From Amoeboaphelidium protococcarum X5 (taxonomy: Eukaryota; Fungi; Aphelidiomycota), in NCBI GenBank assembly GCA_023515725.1, contig JALDTO010000068.1, positions 1 through 16,326 of the forward strand: a DNA stretch of 16,326 nt, given 5' to 3'. The translations under genes and the position numbers were made by a program. Of this stretch, positions 1-10,958 are shown one piece after another. Below the pieces are notes generated by a model. It did not search any database and had not been told where the DNA came from. It saw only the letters and a program-made list of their open reading frames with translations. Every line of letters begins with the position of its first letter. The first letter of the stretch is position 1.

Positions 1-65
1 CGGGTGCAAGGTGCAAAACACTACCGGTGCAAAAGAAAACAAGCGTTTTATTTGTTTTAAAAGAG

Positions 66-695
66 TCAGATACAAGATATTACAAATTCATACTCCTTCT
101 GCGTTTTAATGGAGGTGTATAGATGATACTGGAATTTAAGTACAATCAAACGGGCATCGGCATAGATGAAAGTCTGCGGAGAGTTCTTGGAAGAGTTGCT
201 CTTTATAGCCTTGGAGGGATATTTGAGACAGGTAATAAGCATCAGCGGGATAATCAGATCATCACTGTGAATATACTAATGTTCTTAAGGCAGGGGCTAT
301 GGACATTCAAACGAGAGATACTCATCACTTGACAATTCAAATTGGACCAAGTCCACCTGCTGGAGAACTTTCATCTGGACACCCAATGCATACAAAATCA
401 TATGCAATAAATACTTTATTAATCCGGAAAATTATAACAAAAATTGTTCTTCTTCACCATTAAGAGGCTTTTGAGTTTAATTACGACTGGATATAGTGAT
501 GAACTTCTACAAACGCTCACTGTTATCCCGGATTATCTAAGTAACCAGCTCATCTACAGACTTGCCATCAAACTACTTTTCTTCTTCAGCATCCAAGTTT
601 TTCAAAATCTAATTCCAAAGTAGTTGCAGTTACTCAATGTACTCCAACACTGTTAGAGCACCTCCAGCTTCTATAGCACATTCATCAAGAGTCAT
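66..695 (-). CDS. Hypothetical protein, 209 aa (TAR=Gln), MTLDECAIEAGG...KEYEFVISCI*
   Basis: ATG at 695 to TGA at 68-66 with no internal TGA and 10 in-frame TAA/TAG. The translation is helical and protein-like (ALTVLEYIEQLQLLWNQILK). No family recognised. Confidence 0.7.
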
Positions 696-741
696 CGTCA
701 GTCTATACTGTACCAAAACTTAAATGCTGTGAGGGATAATG

Positions 742-820
742 GTAAACAATACCAAAAAGGGGTGAAACAAAAAACACGAATGAAACAGTGATGGAGTGAA
801 ACAAAAAACTTGGCGCGAGA
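742..820. promoter_or_regulatory. Motif cluster upstream of the 66..695 gene: 14-nt direct repeat GTGAAACAAAAAAC (762-775, 796-809), forkhead-like GTAAACAA (742-749), E2F/MCB-like TTGGCGCGAGA (810-820)
   Basis: Repeats are read directly from the sequence. The factor assignments rest on consensus resemblance only. Confidence 0.3.
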
Positions 821-1165
821 TAATCGTTCGTGTGATGGATGCTAAAACAGCGCTCTGTCTCTACCGGCGGTGTTAAGCAATGTTAGAGTGAAACGAGTAT
901 AATAAGATTGACCGTTAATTAGAGAAAATTGATCTGTACAGTGTTTTATCAGGTAGGTCGTGTCATTGCATACAGTGAATAAAAGATAATAAACGGACAT
1001 TTTTAAGACGTATAGACCTGAACAACGCATAAATCTCGCGTTAACATTTCATTAGGCGAGAGAAAGAGATGAGAAGTAGGCTCATGCAACGTAATAAAAG
1101 CACACAATATAATGACTCGAAAAGTATTATTCAAAATAGAAAAGAATACATCTTAATGAGCAAAA

Positions 1166-2797
1166 TCAATTTAGATAAGGACTCAGGACTCTTTCAAATA
1201 CTAAACCAAGCGAAGCACCAAGAACCAATCCAAAGTTTAGGTAGAAGGATGTCAGCGTACCAATAAACTTTTTCTACAGCTATTCTAATTGCTGATGATA
1301 ATCGTTTCCGTATTCTTGATCTTCTGAACATTCATCATTGTTTCTAATCGATTTTCGCACTTACAGGGGGAATTCAATCTAGTTTAAATTGATGATGGAT
1401 AAGCTGCCTACGTAACCATTAGTCCAGCCTAACAGAACGGAAAGTGTGAGAGAAATAGAATCATGCGCGAATGGAGCCACATTCAACACACACAATACTG
1501 TCAGTGGAATCAGTGCCAATCTGCAGATAACGATAGCCCATACGCGTACAAATGCTGATCCATGACCAGACTAATAACTAATTCGAAAGGTGGTAGCTAT
1601 CCAAGGACATAGACCAACCATAAATCTACCGATAACGTCAAAAGCGGCGAATACAGTCAAGAGGATTAACGGATACCACTGGGTACCGTTCAACTCAGGC
1701 CATTGATGAGATTAAATCACAGATATCAACGCCGGCCATGTGCATAGAGTTGACGTGAACAAGACTGTGATTTGTAGTCCCCATGGCATTGTCTGTTTCA
1801 ATATAGCACGGCGATCAATATCACAATCAACTTATTACTTCTCATTGGGGTTTACACCTGCAAGCAAAGGCCTTCGATCGTCAAACTATCCCTCGAAATC
1901 ATCTTCAAGCCCTTTATTATTCAATTTAGGTAATGCCAAGTCAGCTTCACCATCTTCATCCTAATCAGAGTCGCGTATAAACTCCAATTATTGCCCTTAC
2001 ACTACTACAAGTGTTGAATCTTTTAGCGATTTCTAGACAGGAAACTAACCACGATGATCATCAGGAGAACCACCTCTTTACTACGAGCGGCTCATGACTT
2101 TGCGAGTATATTAGTTGTGCATTAAGCGGACAAATATCCATAAACAAAACAGTATACTAACACCAGTGCAATAGAAATATATGATACTACTAACTACTAC
2201 ACCATGGCTGTCATCAGAGAAGCTAATCTTTGTGATAACGCGATATAGACAGCCTATCAAAGTGGATAGACCAACACCGACCTGTAACTTCTCTTAACAG
2301 ACCTGTGGGTAGAGAGAGGCCAAGGAGATTACAGACGCGTCAAGAAACGCAGTGGCCACAGCTAATACAGCAGTTATGAGCAGTATTACAGCCACATATA
2401 AATCAGTGTTGCCAATGTGAATAAAGTAAACTGAAGGAATCACTACTAGACACAGACACTGACCAATAAATCCACCACCAATCCTCTGCTTAAACCGACG
2501 GCTGAGATCTTTTACGCGACCTGTAGCTCCAACTTCTTAATCATCATCATCATCATCTATCTACTCTTGTTTATACTCTATCCAAAAGACAATATAAAGA
2601 AGTGTAGCAAAATTGACATACATAAATGTAAGAGAAATGTAGAATAATATATTCACATTTGGGAATAGCAGCGACCAATAATCCACGGGCTAAGTGACCG
2701 ATGTAAAAGGAAACAGGTAGCCTATTCCAATAATCAGGAAATAAAACGATAATAAACTCTTCTACCTTTTAGATACCAATTATTCGCAGCCATCCAT
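1166..2797 (-). CDS. Equilibrative nucleoside transporter (ENT/SLC29 family), 543 aa
   Basis: One frame from ATG 2797 to TGA 1168-1166 with no internal TGA. ENT motifs: IGIGYLFPF..TQPVDYW (TM1), large acidic central loop, VFAAFDVIGRF, LLGWTNGYVGSL, GTLTSFYLNFGLVLGA (last TM). Confidence 0.92.
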
Positions 2798-3086
2798 GTT
2801 AACGAGAATTAAATATAGAATTAAATTAAGCCAGACTATCAACTAAATACAGAGACACCGGGAAACCGTGTGAGACCGCAGCTACTTAGACTGATTGCCT
2901 AAATAGCGGAAAACCGATCAAAAGTAAAACGTGCACCTCTGAAGCAAATTTACCGTGTCAGATCCCTAAGGACGCTATACAACAAAATTCTATAGAGCAA
3001 ATGTAAATATCATATTTGATTTTCTCATCATCATTGTCTCATCTTTCGTTCGTTCATTGACTGACTGTTCAACAAAATTACCAATC

Positions 3087-6000
3087 TCACTGCTAGCGTT
3101 AATCTTCTTGATTCGCACGCGCCAAGTCAATCAACAACTCTTCCACACATCGCCCGACAAATTGCTTGATGTCAACGCAATCAAAGTTGATTGTTGAATT
3201 TTAGTATTCCTTGGCAACGTTCAACATGTCTTGCGCATTACATCCATCCAACTCTTCCACATGTTGGCCATCGTTAATAGACTACAACTTCTAATTCACG
3301 ATTTTGGTAACTTTATCACGAACATTCTTCTTTGTAAGCTGCTTCAAATCTTCAATCTTCAATAACTGTTCGATTTCAGCAAAGATCCAACGAGCAAGTG
3401 GCTGTGATATTGAAGCGGCTATTGGCTGTAATGAAACTAGCAAGCCATTCTATCGAGTAACTCTTGGAATGATGAATTCAGTATTCACGCGCAGAGGAGG
3501 TGGCAGATGGGGTGATCCAATGTTTGATTAAAGCCTTGCTGACTGCGGCTAACTCTGATACAATCCATTCCCTAGATCGGCACTGGCTGGCATCGCAGAT
3601 AATGGTCTTCCTGTTTAAGGCTGCATATAATGATGTGGTGGTATTAGATACGTCATTCTCCCGGCATAAGGTACCCCATCATAAACTGAACCATACTACG
3701 GATATCCAACAACGGAGCCACCATAGTTATACTATGCGATATCTGCACCGCCATTCATCATTGGGCCCATATAAACACCTTGAGGCACGACCATTGGATT
3801 ACCATAATATGACTGCATGCCGCCATTGATGGTGGAACTTTTAGCAACTGCATCAAATCCTTCCAAACCGCCAGAAGTCTTATTTTTCTTGTTTTTGAGT
3901 AACGACTCAAAAGGTGTCGTTTTTACTGAACCTTCATCAAAATCATCTTCAACACTATCGACACCCGCTCCATGTCCAAGTCTGGAGTTATCACCCGAGA
4001 CTTTACGAGTATTACCCCAACTGAAGTCATCCATGTTCCAGAATGAATAGATTGGCAAAATAAACCCGTAAACAGGCAGACTGAGGACGTAGATAATCAT
4101 CCAGCCAATCATTTCCCACTTCCTTTTAAGCAAGAATATGATGGCTTAACTTCCATACACAGCAGCAAATAAATACAAAGATTATGCAATGATTGTTACT
4201 TATCCATCACGAATAGTCAAAAATATAAGACCCACTAAATAAGCAATAGAAGCAGGCATAGTCAGCGTGGCAAAGAGATCCAAGGCGACAACGGTACGCA
4301 TAGAGAAGCATAGACACCCACAGAGTTGAGGTACAAGCAAAAGTTCCCACAGATTGTGAACAGTCGAATTGATCCAGCGACGTCTCTGTGACAGCAGCAC
4401 CCAATACTCTTTCGGCACAATAGTCTTACATGCAGCATCTGGCATAAATTTATTCTTGAAAGCTGGGAAATGCTTCAGCATCAGAGTGGTCAAATAGCGA
4501 TCTTCACCCAGAGTGAACAGGTTCTTTTTATGCAGAGTATCAACCATATTCTCCTCATAATCACTGATTATGCGGTCATCAATAATAAGCGGAATACTCT
4601 TTCTACCAGGGGACTTGATTCTATACATACTAAAGCAGCCGGGGAGACAAGTAACGGATCCGAAGAGAGATTCAAAGGCTTTAGATAAATGGTGGGAGAT
4701 ATAATACTCATAGACCTGGATCATGGATACCCAAGAGTCCATCTGGTTCTCAATAGTCGTCTCACCACAGACTCCCATTATCAGAGAATCATGCAGCATG
4801 GAAGCAATGAGACGCTTCAAAGAGTCAGTCTACACCTCGGTATCAGCATCAACCATAAGACAATACTCGTAAATAGTTGGATCTCTATTTAAAACCTATT
4901 GCAGCTATCTATACATCTCAGCCTCCAATGGGAGCATTGCTCTACCGAGAAATACCTTATTCAAAAATTTCATCAGAATCAGCTGTGAATCTCTTTTACC
5001 TCTATTGCCAGGCTTCTTAGTCTCGGATTCCTTACCACATTTGGCAATCACAAGATAAGGTACCCTATGAGTCTGTACAGTATAATACCCACAAAAGACT
5101 TTAGCCTTATTCAATCTGCCGGCACCATCGCCAAGAGCCAGATATTCGTAACGCGGGGAAAGTGTATCATTGTGAAGTAGTTCGGCCGCATTAGGAACTC
5201 CCAAGATATCGAGAAGAATCTCTGCAGTCATCTGATTATTACCGCTACCTTTGACAAATCCATCTGCTACAATGAACAAAAGTTTATGCTCATCCGAATA
5301 ATCAGTCATACTGGCGGAATCAATAGTCTTTTTCAAAGATTCTTCATTCTCAGTGTAGCAAGGAATCTGAATGATACAATGGCGCTCAATATCCTCAGGG
5401 ATTCGGTAAGCACTAAGTTGTAATGCGGCCAAAAATTTGGCCAACATGACAGCACTAAGAACGGCCGTCAAGCTGAGCAGAGTATAACTCGCCACAGAGC
5501 ATTACAAATTCTGGCGCCCATCCAAGCTACCAACATAATATCTATCCGCAATACATTGTAACAGATTTGGATCCAAGCTATCCGGTTGCAGCACATTGAC
5601 TCTACCGGCTGCAACCAGGAATTTAGTGGCGTCATCACTACTAAACAGACCACCCATACCAAAGGTGACATCGAACACTTGATCATTGATAACGATATAA
5701 CAGTCTTGTTGAGAGTTGTGGACAGCGACTTGTTGTGGAGACATCACAAACTGTCCCTTGTATTCAATCCCCTAAATCTCATTTCTAAACAATCTTGGCA
5801 GAATAGAGTCAACATCATTTCCATTAATATGACATTGTGTGGGATCATTCGGACATTTACTTATAGAGGGGCCGGTAGAGTTATCCAGCGATCTTTTTTA
5901 TAAGGTTGAAGCTGCCATGGCAGATCGATAAGCTTAACACCCCGAGTTTTAGTACGTTAGATACTTGGAGACATCTGTACCAGCGAATTGGAATAAGTAA

Positions 6001-9000
6001 GACCTAGCATTTCCATGAGGAAAATTAGTGACATCATAAACTCTACCATGTACAGCCATCATATTGGTGCCCTTAGACAACTCGTAGCCCATATCACCCA
6101 AACTATAGACATTCTACTTAGGACAAAGAAATGTCGCATATCCCAGAATAATGAATAACATCATTCCACTGACAAATAAAATGAGCACATTGATGGCAAC
6201 CTTCTCACGCCATGCTTGAATAACAGCTGGAGTTTTCATACGTCCAACTAGACGAATCATAAAGGTAGGGATCCACCAGGTGAGCAAAGTCGTGATAAAG
6301 AGCCACAACTTCCGCTGTGATGACAACTTGACTTTCTTTTATTACGCGATAAACTTTGACTTTTCTAAAGCTAAAAGCTCATAATCCTAGCTTTAGGTGG
6401 AGACGTCAACAGAAGCATCATTTGGATCGTGAAGCTTACTAAAATATTCACTTTCTTCCACAAATTGGGTATTCAGCTTATTAAAAACATCATTATCGTC
6501 TAACTCCGCCATAATCATAGCCTTCTCCAATGCAAACCATGATCTTTCATTCAGGTACAGGTACTTGGCACCATAAGCCACTTTACCGCCGCCTCCACCA
6601 GTGATGATCGCGTGACACTCAACTAAAGCGCGACACTGCTACTGTAATTGTGATTGTTGCATCTCTACCTTTGACTTTGAAGAAAAATCTGCCTTCTTGA
6701 TAGCTTCCAACTTTTGCAGAGCATCTGAACGCTTAAGAAGCAGACCATAACGCTATCGAAAATCAGTATAACCAATCTTTTTAGAGTATGTGCCAACACC
6801 GCTAGCCAATAATAGGGGGATATCCAATCGTCTCACCTATTACAAAACCAACTAGTCATTAAACTTCTTCGACAGAGACTGACTATTAGGATTCACACAA
6901 TACATAATCCACCAAGATGAAGAAACTTCACTTTATAAGAGAGACGACATGCATCTCAAATTTTATGACAGCTCAGACACGGCAGTCGTAGTAAAATGGC
7001 GCTGACTATCATTATCAACGTTTTCTCCAGCACTATACACAACGTCTTTCTTCTCGGGAGAGTATCTCAACGCCGCACTCAGACGCTTATTCTCGTCTTA
7101 CACTTTACGCAACGAAGTGACTCTAGATATGGAAGACCCACGCTTAACCAAGTCCAAAACTGGATTATCTTAATTCTTTTAGGTAATAGACACTTGATCA
7201 ATCTTGGCCTCACATACCTTTTCAGCAGCAGCTGATGTAGATGATTACTATTATTAATCCTCAACATGCTTACTTTATAAAAACATCGTTACCAGTAAAC
7301 TATTGGAGGATTGAGCATAATCAGCAGATCCCACCACAATTCTCTAGAAATCAATCATCAGATTGTCAAAACTATCGGATCTATCCACAAACTTGTTCAT
7401 AAAAACAAAATCGCTCGAATCGTATACAACTTTCATACCACCGTCAACAAGACCATTCGTACTCTATAAAGTTGCCCCCAACGGAGAACTAAAATGACCG
7501 CCGTAATGCTTGATGCCAAAAACATTCCTCCTCTTCATTTAAACAAACAGAGAAGCCGAATCTACAGCATTTCTCACCAAAGACCCGTGATCTTTATCAT
7601 CATCTTGAACGACCGTTGCAATTCGCTTATCCTTCAACAAGACTGATTGTAAGAAATTTTGAGAAATGTCCAAACCAAGTAATGTAGAGTCATCATTTTC
7701 ACCACAAACTACCGTAGTTGAATCCAACACGCCACACAGACTACCGTTTCCGCCGCACAGAAACTAGCCGACTGATAGCTTGACCGTCAGAGCACTTTAC
7801 TAAGCCCAAAGTATACCCGGATTTTCAGCGGATGGCTCAGTGTCATGCTTCGCTTCATTGCAGAGCTAATAAAGCTATGACTGTATCCATTGACTTACAG
7901 TTTCATTGCTAAAATTTGCAGCAAATTGCCAAAAGCGATTACCAGTGCCATTTGTACCATTACGCCCTGGTACGACATTATGATCCTCAAAGCCAGCAAA
8001 ATCGAGTATAGCAATCCAATTTTCAATAACCGAATCGTCACTGTCACTTCTGGCCGAAGCATCAAGTCTTCCATTCACAAAATTGCTTACAAACTGTACC
8101 AGCATCGTATACAGCTTAATTGCCAGACTGTCACGCGATATACGACATTGATCCAAATTGAGGAACGAAGCACATGATGTAGTTCCGATAGTGGCTGTTC
8201 TTTAAACCAGACACGTCTCCAAGGACTAAAAGGAAATACCAAGCAATTATGCGCATTAAATCAGAATATCTTCCGAAGAGACAAACACACCATCAGCCTT
8301 CTTTGCTCTATTCTCACCAAAAGACAGATTACCTAGAAGCAGAATACAACTTATCAGTTTAAACATCTCATCCTGCAGTTTAGCTCCAAACCCGCAAAGC
8401 GATAGCAACTTGGGCAAATTCCCATAACTTGCCTGTCCAACAGAGCCATCTACTTTAGACAAGGAATCTGAAAAGTAGCGAGATCCACTCCTTGACATGT
8501 ATTCATAAGATGAAATACTATCCAACAGACACAATCTATCGCGGTCAGCTTTAGAGAGATTGGTCATACCTTCAAGTAAACCGTAAAAGACATGAAAGTT
8601 CTACTCACCTTAGGCAAAACTGTGAGCCTACACAACACGCTACTTTTCCAGCATGAAATTCACCAGTTTACCACCGACTATTATTCCACTTTTATTGAAC
8701 TGGATCTCAATAAAATTATGACATCTAGAACTATTTGCACTGAAATGTGTCCTAGCCTGTGTAAATTGCTACAAGAGTAAGATTCCAGCTTGAAGACGTT
8801 TACCAAACTTGCCGTAATCAACAATGCTATCCTATGCGTGAGACATATCTCCGCCATAAACAGCCACAGGAAATCTTTGTGATATGCAATCAAGTTACTC
8901 AATGAACCAATGGCTCTGGGTAGTCTTTCCACTGCCACTGTTTCCTTTAAGTATAACAATCTAGTTCTCCCGTTCATGGTGCATGTGCAAATAACACCTT

Positions 9001-9557
9001 GCTGCCATACTAAATACATGAGCACAAGACTGATCCTAGACCACCACATTGCTTCTTGGATCTTTCAACATCATTTATCTCTCCTCTTCAAGTAGAACCA
9101 CAAAATCATCGTCATCCAAACGGAGTGTATCACTCACTTGCTAGTTATTACTCTACTTCTTTGCTGCCTTCTTCAACTCCTTCTCCCTATCCTTCAGTCT
9201 GGTTTCAAAATTGTGTGGGTTCAAAGAGATCAGAATATTTTACCCGATGCCAGTGTACTGTAAGTTGTTTCGATAACGAATCTTCAAATTCTCAGTAACT
9301 TCATCACCGGATAATGCATGCAGAAATGACTGATCAGACTCCATAGAAGAAGCACTTTTACCATGTAGAGAATCGGCCATCTAGGACATGTCACTGACAC
9401 CAAACTTCTTCTGCTAGAACGGCTTCCAAACAGTTGCATCTTTCTCTTACTGCTTCTGAAACTCTGTCTAGTTATTACCACTCATATTAAATTGATTACT
9501 ACCAGTTGATATGCCAATATTTCCAGTAAATTGTTGTTGATGATGGAAATTAGTCAT
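3087..9557 (-). CDS. Myosin-motor-domain chitin synthase (division 2, class V-like): myosin head, cytochrome-b5-like domains, Chitin_synth_2 catalytic domain, DEK_C; ~2156 aa, single exon (alternative in-frame starts at 9689 or 9485)
   Basis: Nine of the supplied ORF fragments share one frame and are separated only by TAA/TAG; the first TGA is at 3089-3087. Myosin motifs: [34 protein letters not shown]...[32 protein letters not shown] motifs: [59 protein letters not shown]: EIEQLL...LTKKNVR. Confidence 0.96.
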
Positions 9558-9974
9558 AAGGCGAGTTTGTAATAAAAGGAGAAGAACAAGAGGGATCAAA
9601 CAACAGAAATCTTGAAACGGAGATTCGATCGTTAAGTTTCTTATTTTGCTGATTGACTGATTGATTGATGATGTCTTCAGTATGACCATTGACGCTTCAA
9701 GAAAATAATGCTTTTCTCTGTATCAATTCATATTGCGCTGACGGCCGTTTATGAGCATACAAGCAGCGCATTAAAAGATTTTGTTGCTAATAGGGCGAAA
9801 GCTGTACTTCTATATTTCTTCATCGCATACCGGATTATCCATTGTAAAAACGCCGGTAGATGAGACTTTGACGACGAAACTAAACAACTTCAGAGTGAAA
9901 ATACCTTAAGAACCTGTTCTGCCCCATCTCCAGAATATCTAATTGCGATGAAGTTAATCAATACATTTATATTT

Positions 9975-10751
9975 TCATTTAAACAGTCTCATGTAACCGA
10001 GAATGACCAAGCCGACGGTACTCGCAGTCGTCAAAAGTGTTCGCATGGTATCAAACTACACATTACCAATGCTGGCCCTTATCTGGGAGGTTTCTTATTA
10101 AATCTTGGCGTCCGCTTCGTTCAATTTGTGTAATAGTTCAGAATGATCATCAAATATCTTGCCCCGCTCCAAGTTTAAATCTAACCGCGTGCTGCTGTAC
10201 AGCCGATTTAAATCTTCCCTCACTTTCTAATTCAACTTCTCAATCTCTGATGCCAATTAATCGTTCTCAGCCTTCAAGCTGGCAAAATCGCTCCTCTCCA
10301 ACATTTACAGATCCGCACGTAGTTGAGCAAAGTCGATCCTATGACTAGATTCCAACTACCACAAGGTGATACAGTTAAAGATTAAAGTTTTTTCATGCGC
10401 TGTCATCAAATGAGCAACTTACCTGCGACACGGATTATCGCTGCACCGAGTCTTTACTGATGTCATCGATGCTACATTAAATCAGAGTATGATATACATT
10501 TACATTAATATAAGCGAGTGTATAACATTAGAATCTCACGTTGATTAGAGCACTTCCGAAACAACTTGAAGTATCGCTTCACTTTACTAGGCATTAAATC
10601 CTTCCTATTACAAAGCATTCACAAATTTATAGCTATCGAATGTACTTCCGCTAGAGATGAATCTTTTACTTTATAAACTAGCAACTGATAATCTAGATTA
10701 GTTCATCCCAAAAGTAATTGTTGAACGCAATGGGTATAGAACTCTCTTCAT
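9975..10751 (-). CDS. Mitochondrial Fmp32/MCUR1/CCDC90-family (DUF1640) coiled-coil protein, 213 aa; complement(join(9975..10355,10423..10471,10540..10751))
   Basis: Basic, hydroxylated presequence-like N-terminus MKRVLYPLRSTITF; FDSYKFVNALQQEGFNAQQSEAI; IDFAQLRADLQMLERSDFASLKAEN; RLDLNLERGKI; C-terminal TM ending GYMRLFK*. Two GT-AG introns restore the frame. Confidence 0.9.
10356..10422 (-). other. Spliceosomal intron 2 (67 nt) of the DUF1640 gene
   Basis: GTAAGT...TGTGGTAG; removal joins VSQ|LESSHRIDF in frame. Confidence 0.85.
10472..10539 (-). other. Spliceosomal intron 1 (68 nt) of the DUF1640 gene
   Basis: GTGAGA...CTGATTTAATGTAG; phase-2 removal gives SEVLQSTIDDISKDSV, matching family spacing. 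Confidence 0.82.
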
Positions 10752-10793
10752 TGTGTAGAACTTACTGGAACTCTATTGCTCGCTGTGAGGGAA

Positions 10794-10818
10794 AGAGAGA
10801 GAGAGAGAGATAGAGAGA
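10794..10818. repeat. (AG)n microsatellite with one interruption, in the divergent intergenic region
   Basis: agagagagagagagaga-t-agagaga read directly. Confidence 0.85.
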
Positions 10819-10840
10819 AGCGTTTCAATCTGATCTGGGC

Positions 10841-10850
10841 TATTTATATA
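10841..10850 (-). promoter_or_regulatory. Putative TATA box (TATATAAATA) ~90 nt upstream of the DUF1640 ATG, in a 207-nt divergent promoter shared with the SPAG6-like gene
   Basis: Consensus match and position only. Confidence 0.4.
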
Positions 10851-10958
10851 CCACCACCAGCAATGGGCATTAATCCAATGATTACAATTGCCACTTTATT
10901 TTAATTATTTTTTCTTAACTATTCTGATTATAAAGCACAGGATACTACTAGGATATAA

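Noticed and set aside
842-1266. Supplied ORFs 842..1030 (-) and 1069..1266 (+), or an ncRNA in this gap
   Set aside because: No recognisable motifs; the second ORF overlaps the ENT 3' end antisense; no convincing snoRNA, tRNA or snRNA signature.
1270-1364. Possible intron (GTAAGT donor) explaining the acidic insert before the last ENT helix
   Set aside because: The only phase-compatible AG gives a 21-nt intron, far from the 67-69 nt seen elsewhere, and the frame is open. Treated as a loop insertion.
3087-9689. Separate myosin and chitin synthase genes, or many small introns
   Set aside because: All fragments lie in one continuous frame with no TGA between the motor and the CHS domains.
9558-9689. 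Upstream in-frame ATG (9689) adding a 44-aa hydrophobic leader to CHS
   Set aside because: The sequence looks UTR-like (TCAA/TCAG repeats, pyrimidine tract), and a signal-like leader is not expected on a cytosolic myosin head. It cannot be fully excluded.
10860-10958. RFX X-box upstream of the SPAG6-like gene
   Set aside because: Only a half-site-like TTGCCA is present; there is no complete palindromic X-box.
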